Source: Euglena gracilis (lineage: Eukaryota). From it: 64,000 bases of DNA. This document shows positions 54,188 to 64,000 of the stretch, in pieces (positions within the stretch are counted from its first letter, which is position 1; the number at the start of each line of letters is the position of its first letter). Both the position numbers and the translations under genes were made by a program. Location: NCBI GenBank assembly GCA_039621445.1, contig CP154954.1, forward strand, positions 16,014,140 through 16,078,139. Reading direction: 5' to 3'. The notes beneath the pieces were generated by a model, which searched no databases, was not told the origin of the DNA, and saw nothing but the letters and a program-made list of their open reading frames with translations.

Positions 54188-57100
54188 GGTGCCAGATTTT
54201 GACCAGAAACGTTTTGTCCTGAGATGCTCGTTTTCTTCTGAAACTTGTTTTTTTTGTTTCTTGCATTCTTTTTTTCCTGTGCAACAAGTTCTCTCGCTCA
54301 AAAAAGCTAAAAAATTGGGGGGTTCAGTTTTTGAGTCTGGCAAATGGGTCAGTTTTGGAGGGTTTGTGGTGGCCAGTTTTGGACCGATGGGTGGCCATGT
54401 TTTTGGCCACTTTTGCTGGCGATATTTTCCCAACGAGGCGAACGAATGGCCACAAGTTTTTTTGGGCGGGGGTGCCTCCGGCAGGTATCTTTTTTTGTCC
54501 GCCCCTCCGGGTTAAAGCCAATAGGCCACCCGGGCGTCCTTTGGGCAGAACGAACTTAGTCCCCTCCGATGTACACATTCATTCCTGATCCAGCCGCCAC
54601 TGCGTACGCGTGCGTGTTGTTTGGTCTGGGGGAACATCCGGGACCACATCCCAAAAAGGTCAAACTGTTTCTTCCAGCGCTTGTATTCAAAATGCTTTTC
54701 CCATTGACGAGATTTTGTCAGGAAGTGCAAAGATTTTTTTGGACGATTTGAGCAAAAAAATTCATGTCCCAAGACAAAAAGTAATGTGGTGTCAATTTAA
54801 CCAGGTCACTATTTCGGGGGGGTGTTCCCCACCCCCTGCTCCCCTTGAGTAGTGGAGGGCATGAACCCTGGACGGGATTTCAAGACCCCCAGGGAGGATT
54901 TTATTGGGAGCTTATACTTCGTCAACCCGCTTAGCTGTGCATGTGGCATTCAACACCTCCCCACCTTGCTGAGGCTGGGTTCCACTGGGGGTTCGGTTGG
55001 TTACCCAACCGCAAATTTAGTTCCCTTACTGTACACAGAGAAGCCAAACTATCGGGCCGGTGGAATCCCTGGGTGCGATATGGGTCAATGCGCAGATTTT
55101 ACAAGAGGTGTCCGAAGGACATTTGCAGAAACGGTTTTCTGCACACTGGCTGCCTGCTCTTTGGGAAGGCTTCTGGATTGATTGATGGTTGTATGACCTG
55201 AGGAGGTGCGTCGGCCCCCGTCTAGTTAGTGCATTTTTTGAATTCTCTTCTTTTGTTGAGGGTTTGGGTTTGGGTTTGGTAACAATTCTTTCCCCTAGCA
55301 AAAAGGGGGCACGGGGTGCCAGCCCGTTGGTTTCCCTGGAGACCAGAGATCTCAGGCCTAACCACCCCTGCTCTTCCCCTGACAGGGTTCTCCGGCTAGC
55401 CTCCGCCACCGGCCCCCCCCAAACCATATGGCCGCGCCGTTCAGCCTCATGCAGCAGCTCCCCGGTAAGTCCGACCTGTGGCTGCAGCTGCGGGGCTCCG
55501 AAGCTGCCCGAACCGCACCTAGGCCACATGATTATGGTACTACCCAAACCATGACGTTTCATCTCAACCGCCTCCCACCAGTTTTCTGTGCAAAAAGTCC
55601 ATCTTTTTGAGCAAAATTCCCAACAAATATCCCCTGTTCCAACGTTGTCCCTTCCATCCAACTGTTCGAATTGTTGTCCCTTACGTATCTGTTGGAGTAT
55701 TTGAGCATTCCGGGCGTGAGGGCAAAAAAAATCCCAAAAAACCAAAATCGGGAAGGTTTCATTTTGATTTTTCTGGGATTCCCACATCTGGAATTTTCTC
55801 CCCCACCCGAATTCCGCCTGAATCGTCCTTTGGTTGGTTATTGGACCTGTATGGATTTCTGTCGGCCCAAAAGAGGGACGTCTGTGCAGGGGAGGGGGGG
55901 TTATAAGTTGTGCCTCAGAGTTCTCCAGAAGGTCCTCATTATGCGCTCAGTTGTTGGTGATGGAAGGCACATAAAAATGGAAAATGGTTTTTTCTTTTCC
56001 TTCTTTTTTTTCTCCCTTCCTGGCGTCTGGCCTTTGGTTTTTCATTTGAGGGTGCCCCCCAACTTCGCCCCCACACCCAGTCTTGTATACAATGTTGACC
56101 AAGCGCATAGGGGGGGGGTTGCTGGTTTTGCGATGATGTTTGCAGAGCAACTGCTGCATGGTTTTGGCACCAAAGGGGTTCCAGCCTCGCGACCCCCCCC
56201 CCCTGGCCCCATCATGAAGAGAATTTTAATTCTTGTCCAGCCCCTCCGAACGCCAGCTGGACTGCAATGTATTTTGCCTTCGAAGGTGCGCGCTTGGGTG
56301 AAAGAAGGGGTAAAACGGGTAAAAAATCGACTTCCTACTTCAGAATTTGAATCAAAAATCAATTTTTTGTGTATTTGCTGATTTTCAGGCCTTTTATTTT
56401 TTTGAGGTGTCCAGTTCGAGCCCAAGTCGGGTCACGTTCCAACCAGCAGACCTTATTTCCGGGGGTTGATCCAGCGGCCTGTATGAACTTTTTCCAGCTC
56501 TCGAGCGGGACCCCCCCCCCTGGTGGGGTGGGAGACGCACTGTTTGGGATGCTTTCTGGAGGTTCGAATCCTGTGGTCTGCCCCCGCTCTCCATCTTGCA
56601 GGCTCATCACACTCACCAAGTGGGAGGGGGCATTGCTGGCGTAAGTAGCAAGCGCGGGCACGCGACCGTCAGTGGAAACATTTGAATCACTTGCGCCAGT
56701 GCATTCAAATTGGAAGCGATTCCCCCAAATAAGACCAAGGTCTACGTTGGGTCCGTTGTTTTTAAACCCTGGGGGGGTGGGCTTATTTTTGGGAGTCAAC
56801 TTTTTGTAATTTTTGTTTGAAAAACCATCCTGCGGAAGGTCCAAAATCAGGCCTAAAAAGGGACAATTTTTGGCCTCGAGCCAAAATTTTCCAAATTTTC
56901 CTCAAAAGGTGCCAATTTTGATGCATTCAAAAAGTGCAGAAAAGAAAATATGTCAAAGAAATGGTTGTCCACTTTGGGGAATTCTCACCGTTTTTGAGGG
57001 CGCTTCCGAAAATCCCGAGAGCAGGGTATTTTTTTTGTTTGCTGAAAAGCTGCACCACGGGTGGATTTTTTCGGGGGCTAATTTTGGAGTTTCTTATTTT

Positions 57101-57441
57101 TTGAGATTTTAGTTGCAATGTGCCCGAAGAAACTGAGAAAGCCAAGTCAGCTGTGGGCAGCCACAAACCTTGTGCTTGAAAGTTTGTTTACTTTTTGGGA
57201 AAAAGGCACTTCTTCAAATTTTGAATGCAAAATAGGCGAAAAGTTTGGCCTATCACAGGGTGTTCCTGGTCCTTGTGCCGTCCACGCTTCCGGTCATGGA
57301 TCCCTCAAGACATCATTACAACTGACTTTCAAATGACAAAAGGTGAGGGTGCTTCAGCTGGCTGGCAGGACCCACTGATTCTGAAGCCAACAAATGGGTT
57401 GGTTCTTCTGAGCTGCTGCAGCCAAAAGTGAGGGGCTGCGG

Positions 57442-58022
57442 CAGGGCAGAACGGGAATCGGCCGAACAGCCAGGGTGGTGGGTGGGGGGGGGGTCGTTCC
57501 CCCCCACCTCTTCCCGTATTTCCGGGAGCACCAATTTTTGGACCCGAAAAAGATTTTCCGGCGCCGGGTGTTTTTTTGACCCATTTTGGGACCCATATAG
57601 GGGGTCCCCCCCAAAACCCCCCAAAACCCCATTTTTTCACACCTTCCAAAAATTCAACATTTTCTCAAAAATGTTGATTTTGAGAGGTTTTTGAAGCAAA
57701 AAATGCCTTCGAAAGTCCAAAAAATTTCAACGAGAAAAAATGTCAGTAAAATTTGACTGTGCCAAAATTTGTCCACTTTTTTTGACCTTCGTTTTTTTCA
57801 CCCCCCTCCTAAAAACTACCAATTTTTAACCCTGAAATTTTTGAGATTTTTTTGTGAAAAAATGTGGGTTTCCATCAAAAAATCATGTGTTTTGGGTTCA
57901 TTTTTCAGAAAAAATTCAAAGATTTTTCCGGCCAATATCCCCGTTTTCCTGAAATCGGTGAAAATGCTGTGGTGGGTGGGGGGGTCGACCCCCCCCCCAC
58001 CAGGCCTTCCCGTTCTGCCCTG
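57442..58022. mobile_element. hAT-like MITE, copy in A'
   Basis: Same TIR and GGCTGCGG TSD as 3936-4556; ~40 bp shorter internally. Confidence 0.92.
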
Positions 58023-59919
58023 GGCTGCGGAGAAGCAAGCGTCCCCCCCCCTCTTCTAAAACACTTTCGGTGCTTGCCTGAAACTGCTTTTTGCAAAGAA
58101 ATTCAGGTATGTCTTTTATGAACGCCGGGTCCGAATGATCGCACCGTTGTTTCGTTGGTGTGGGTGTCCCCTCCATGAAACCAAAGGGGGTTTCTGGACC
58201 CCCCACACTCGTGCGTTGGCCACCCGCTTAGGGACGAAAGACGGCTTTTTGTTGGCAGGGAGTTGGATTCTGTGTCTTTCAGAGGGCAGCGTGGTGCCCA
58301 GCACTGCACCCAAGTCCCGACCGATCCAAACAAAGAGGACCTCTTCCCCCTCGTCGTTTCCCCAACTCCCCCTACGGCTTTCAGTCCTTTCCTCCATTCT
58401 GGACCTTGGGGGGCCCGATATCAGCAGGCTAACTCGAAGTTTACATGGTCCGAGCCACAGGGGTGCAACTTGCATGTGGACTTGGCTTTTCTGAATCGGT
58501 TGACTACCAATCTCCCCACCCCCAGCTTAAGTCCATAGCCGCCAAAGTGGTTGAAATTACGAAAAAGAGGCCAAAAACAGCCAAAAATGGCCATATACCC
58601 CTTTCTTGTGGCCAGGGGGCCGAAAAAAAATGAGGGAATCCATTTCCACTGACCCCGGGTGAAAAAACAACAAGCCATCTATTCACACCGAACCCCTCTC
58701 CTCCGCTGCCGTCCCTCAAACATTTCAGAGACAACCAGGGCTTTGGCGCCACACCAGCCACGGACAGTCTGCCGCGGCTCCGTCACGACGATTTAGTTTC
58801 TCCGAGGACTTTGGCGTGCTTGTCTGGATTCCTTTGGTACTTTCCACTTTCCACAAACGGACGGGGGTTTCGATGGCTTATCGAAATCTCTGTCATTTTA
58901 GGAATAGGGGTTAGAGTTGCAATTGTCGTTCAGAAGAGGGCCAAAGTTAAATTTGGCCAAATTGGCTCTAAATTTAGCTGAATTAGGCCTAATTTTTGTC
59001 GAATTTTAGTCTTAACGGGATGAATCCTAACCCTAACCTTCCTAACCCTGACACTGACCCCATCCCGAACCAATAACCCAAAACCCCAACCCTAAACCTG
59101 GAGTTGGGATGCCAGTAGGTATTGCACATTTGTCCTGGATCTCCAGTGGGGAGTTCAAAAACACAGAGAATGTGGCTTCGGGCTCTCTTGTTGACGCAGG
59201 GACGGTCCGACCCTCCCCCTGCTTTTTCAAACCCCATCCCTGGGAGTGTGAAGCAGAGCACGTTCATACGGTCTGCAGCACACAGACAAGAGTATTCAGC
59301 ACACAGTCAGCAGTCATAGATAGACAGTCATAGATAGTGACTGGCTGGTTTTCCGAAAGAGAGTGGCTGACTGGTTTTTAAAAAAGTGGAGTGACCCCCC
59401 TACCCCCCGGGGTTCGGTAAAAAATTGTGTGGTGGGTATCACAAGTTCACAATTTAAGAGTCGCAAAACCTGTTGTACAGAGAAAATCCTGTGAAATATT
59501 TCTGTGGTAGGAACCGCGTTCCCCTGGAAAGCATAGAATATGAAAGCATTCTTGCCGCCGTTCAGACAAGAGCGTCCGAACCACTTGCACCCTCCCCAAA
59601 GCCATTCTTGCTCAAAATGGACTTTGATTTTGTTTCAAGTTCACCGCGGTGCCAGGGAACCCAGAATCGGTGTGGTGAAAGCCTTTCCCGAAAATTCCAA
59701 GAGCTCTCGACTGGCCCATCCCTAAGGAGCGTCCCCTTGTCTGACACAAGTGCCCTTGACAACCCCCCCCCCCCCTGTGTCAACGCACATTCCTGGAACA
59801 TTTCTGTGCCTTGGGGGTTAGCAGCCTTGCTGCCTTCGGAGGACAGGACTGCCAGCTCCCTCCCCTCCCCAGAGCCGACACACCCTGGGGTGCTGGACTG
59901 CTGCCCGCCGCAATGGGCG

Positions 59920-59985
59920 CAGGGAATTTCTTAAGCTGGACCCCACCCTATCCCGGGGGGGGGGGGCGTCCGGTTTAGCTGGCCG

Positions 59986-60020
<35 letters not shown>

Positions 60021-60159
60021 GGTTTCCACTCGACCCCCCTCCCCGGGGGGGGGGGGGAGTGGTAATAAAGTAAAACAAAGTAATGAGGGGGTCCAGCCAG
60101 CATTTTTTTCCAGCCAGCCGTTTGGACCCCGCCAGAGGGGGTTCTCAAGAAATTCGCTG
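59920..60159. mobile_element. hAT-like MITE, copy in A'
   Basis: Duplicate of 6455-6693 with the same termini and TSD. Confidence 0.88.
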
Positions 60160-60883
60160 AATGGGCCCCCTCCGAGGGCACCCAGGCTGACTGCGCTGCG
60201 TTCCCATCGGCTCCACTCGCCCGATCCCTGCTTCATGTGGTCGGACATGGGGACATGCAAGGTTGCTTATTCCTGCCTCCCCTCCTGACTGCCTTTTTTT
60301 TGAACCCTCATCCCTTCTCTTGGCCTCTTTGTCTGGTTTCTTTTTGGGGGCATGGCCTTTGGATTTTTGTCCCAAATCTGGTGGTTTACCCTTTGTACCT
60401 GCCCAGGGAGAACCCCACCAAACCAGGCTTGTGCTTAGTCGGGTGCCTACCCCACGGGGGAGTGGGTGGGTGCTAGGGGCAGGCACCCCATGGCACCCGA
60501 TCCGACCCCCCCCCCCCAGGGGGGGGTAGGGTTTTGGGGGGTGCCTGCCCATAGCAGGCAACCCCCCTCTGACCCCGGCGCCGAAGGCGCTGGGGGCCTG
60601 GGAAAGGCCATTTTCAATGAAGATTTTCTGGGCCCCCCGGACCCCTACCCCCCCCTGGGGGGTGTGCCTGCTAGGGGCAGGCACTCTATAGCACCCACCC
60701 ACCCTCCCCCCCTGGTCGGTAAGCACAAGCATGCACCAAATACCTGTGGCATGACTGGGCGTAAGCACCAATTTGCTAGGCAACTGTATGGATGGGATTG
60801 GATCTCGGGCAGAGCACAGCATTGCTGTAGCTGCAACTGACGTGGTCCTCTCCCACGCACCCCTGTTGCATCACGTACGTGGC

Positions 60884-60944
60884 GGCCAGGCAGATGCTCT
60901 GAAAGATGGGGAACTGATGTCGCAGTGAGGGTCTGCCTGCCCCT
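60884..60944 (+). other. Nonconventional intron (61 nt), copy A'
   Basis: Duplicate of 7419-7479. Confidence 0.85.
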
Positions 60945-61131
60945 GATCCCCCTCAGATGGGTCCCAGCCTGCCTCCCCCTGTGTCACCCGGAAGTAAGCC
61001 AGCCTACCATACGGTGCACAATCCGTACTCTTTTGAAGGTCCTTGGGCCATATACCGGAGGGTTTTCAAACTACTTGCAGAGTAACGGAGGCATTGTTAA
61101 AAGAAGGAATGATTCATTTCCTGAATCACCC

Positions 61132-61192
<61 letters not shown>

Positions 61193-61957
61193 TTTTTTTT
61201 TTTTTTTTTTTTGGTTTTTTTTGTTTTTTTTTACTTTTTTTTTTGATAGGTTTTTTTTTTTTTACGTAACGGAGAGATTTCTTGATGGTTTTTATTATTT
61301 TAATTTGTTGTGAGTACGAAGAGGGGAAAACTTTTGTTATGTTTGATGTGATGAAGTCCCTTTCCCTCTTTTTTCCTTTAATGTCCTGATTCATAGGATT
61401 TTTTGTCACCCAATGAATTGGGTTTGTCTGCCAGAACTGCACATCCCTGTTACACATTGAGGACCACAGCACCTCCTCATGTCAAGGAAACTGCCTTTTT
61501 TTGTATCCCCGCCAGAATTAAGTGCCAATGGCACTTCCTCGTTTCCCAACCGCCCAGGGACCCTAGCGATGGCCCTCAATACGTGGTCCAAGCGCCTCGT
61601 GATTGAGTCCAAGGACCGACAGCCCGCGCAATCATCTTCCTCTTGTGGAGGCCATGGTTGTTGGGTGATCAAACCGCAATGAGAAAAACATTATCATGGT
61701 ATCGTGCCGTTGAAACAGCGGTTGTTGAGACCCCCCCCCTGTCAAGGGCACTTTCCTTGAACACTTGGCTTGTCTTGGACAAGAGGGGGAGGGTACCTGT
61801 TAAGTGCTGTATTTTTCACTGGTCCTTGAGTAGGGGGGTCCCACAATTATCAGCATTTTTACCAATTATTTGGAATCGTGTTTTTGCGTCCGAAAGCCTC
61901 CTGGTGCACCAGGTTCAAAGCTCTGGTCACTTGCAAAAAAAGTCGCACATCATCTTA

Positions 61958-62361
61958 CATTCCCCCCCCCCTTGTCCTTGACACGCCTTGTCCATGACAC
62001 CCCCCCCGTGTCAACCGCACTTTTCCCGTACCTAAAAAGAGTAAAGTATTTTTGACACACTTCACGTCTCTGGAGCTCGTCTCTGGAGCTAATTGGTTGC
62101 CATTTTCTGTACAGAACCATGGCTTTGAACTTATCTTCTTTTGAGTTTGGTGATTTAGTGAGATATGAGCGCTCCAATGGAGTTATTGTTGATGCTATGG
62201 TGATTGGGCCCTTAAACCGAGGCCTAGATTACCTGGCCATCATTTTGCTGCATGTTTTGTGGTACGGTTCCCATGACACGGCGTGTCCATGACACACCCC
62301 CCGTGTCAACCGCACTTTCCCCGTATTTTGGCGTGTCAAGGACAAGGGGGGGGGGGGAATG
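61958..62361. mobile_element. Tc1/mariner-type MITE, copy in A'
   Basis: Duplicate of 8266-8666. Confidence 0.88.
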
Positions 62362-64000
62362 TAGGCATCTATCGTGGCTTATTGTGCTTGGGAGTGGGGT
62401 GCACTTTCGCAAAAATTCATACCAGAGGTGGGAATTTGGGGTTGAAGAAAAGATTGGATGAGCAAAAAAATGGCCTTAAAAAGGATGGGTGGTGTCGGCC
62501 AAAGTCGCAATCATATTCGGAGACCAGAACGCTCTGAAAAAAGGGGATAGAAAATTTTTTAAAAAAATGTGGAAGACAAGCTGTGTGGTTATCTCCAGCG
62601 TGCCCATAAATTCTCATACCCACGTCCACAGAGAATTTTCATCCCCTGAAAAAAGAAATGGGAAAAAAGAATGGCACCCCACACTCCACAGAACCATGCT
62701 GAAGAACCTCAGAGTTGCGAGTACCGGTGGAGCACTTAGAACTGAGTAGCACCACCTCAAAATGAGGTCATGCCAAACCCCAGGGTTTACCCCCAGCTCC
62801 CTCGAAAGAAATCCATCAAGTCCCTACAAGCACATCAGCCTGCCAATTCTTGCTCGCGGTTAGAAAACACTCTGACTGCACAACATCCGACCTGCAACTG
62901 GTGCGCGTGCTCAATGGGGTTAAAATCAGGGCCTGTTTTTTTTTCTTTCAAGTGGAGTGTTCGCAGTGGATGGGGTCACCAATTTCACCAAGATTTCACT
63001 TGTGAGAAGGCCAATAAAATACGCCCAAACGCGATACATTTCGGCAATTTTTATGTCTCTGTATCTGTATCTGTATCACTCGATGCCAAACCATATTTCT
63101 GCAATCCCGCAGCGGTGCAATCTGGATTAAGCAGTCGCAATTGCCCGACAAAGCACCAATCCACCAGGCGCAACTCTGAGATGGGATTTGGGCTGGTTCT
63201 GTGGAATGTGCGGGGCCATCATCGCACATACCCGGGAAAACGTCCCCTGTGCCAACCCTGAACCGCCTTCAAAGCAACCTTCCACCTACCTTGTAAACCA
63301 GGTTTTGTGCTGAGCTCTTCATGTGTCTGATGGTGCCATGCTGCAGCAGACGTTTGAGGCTTGTGGCAGCCAGGGCGGCCCAGCCCGGCCCCAGGGTTGT
63401 ATGGGAAGCTCTGCAGACATGAAGGTGATAGGGGGGAGTCGCCGAGCTCTTATCCCTTTTTGGGTAAGTCCGAGGCTTCCCCCTGGGGAAATGGGGGGGG
63501 GTTCGACCCCCCCCCACCCCCCCCCCCCCCCCCGGGTCGGGGCCACCTCAGGAACTGGCGGATTATCACCATGATCCCAGCTCCGTTCCCGGAATTTTTT
63601 TTTCAGTCACGACTGGATTTCTAGTTTCCAAATCACCTCCGTTTGACCCCCAACTCCCCGCCAGGCCCAAGTTATTCAGCCGCGAAGGGGTCCAAACTGG
63701 GTAGGATTGGCCCGCCCCGCCCCCCCTTCCGACTCTGCCATTTCGCCAGGGTCCAAAAATGGGTCACCCGTCGGTCAAAAATTCGATTTTTCGAAAATAT
63801 CTTGAGAAAGCGTACATTATTTCCGGAAATGCGGTCTGACGAAATGTACCCCCGGAGGCCCTCCATCGCCCCCCCCCTTCACCGTTTTGGCCGCCGACAC
63901 GCCTGGCCCGTGTTCCGGCACGCTTTTGCGGCGGCCCAAAATGGCCATTTTGGGTGGTTTTTTTTGGGCCGTTTTTTGGTCAAAAATCGATTTTTCCAAA

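Larger units (their letters stand above)
55380..61085 (+). pseudogene. Paralog A' (duplicate of A)
   Basis: Same exon blocks as A within the direct duplication; the terminal stop is at 61083-61085. Confidence 0.6.
54629..64000 (+). repeat. Segmental direct duplication, copy A' (truncated by window end)
   Basis: Matches 1118-10306 colinearly, including the same MITEs and exons. It has an extra ~250 bp T-rich stretch at ~61131-61375. Confidence 0.97.

Overview
Repeat-rich eukaryotic nuclear DNA, most likely from a euglenid (Euglena-like). The evidence is stem-loop 'nonconventional' introns (R-NN-CAG...CTG-NNNN-Y|R), short 46-48 nt GT/GC-AG introns, long microsatellites and TTAGGG-like tracts. 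No intact single-exon gene, RNA gene or CRISPR array is evident, and almost all ORFs in the track are spurious. A >=9.2 kb near-identical direct duplication (1118-10306 / 54629-64000, running off the window) brackets a ~3 kb inverted duplication (11761-16438 / 48655-51585). Four copies (A ~1870-7620, B ~45400-48168, C ~52700-54060, A' ~55380-61085) of a multi-exon, low-complexity, partly decayed gene family are present. A, A' and B end in a conserved HTVHNPYSF[E/D]G motif that is in frame only after a 61-nt nonconventional intron is removed. An intron-containing Tc1/mariner element (14887-16291) has an internal inversion and a captured host-exon fragment, and its empty TA site survives in the inverted duplicate. 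The main observation concerns hAT-like MITEs with CAG...CTG termini and ~8-bp target-site duplications: six with clear duplications, plus a decayed one. Their geometry (3 nt before CAG + 5 nt after CTG = one 8-bp TSD) matches the euglenid nonconventional-intron splice rule exactly. One sits in an exon whose paralog lacks it, so these elements are candidate generators of nonconventional introns. Several low-complexity stretches look like base-calling or assembly artefacts.
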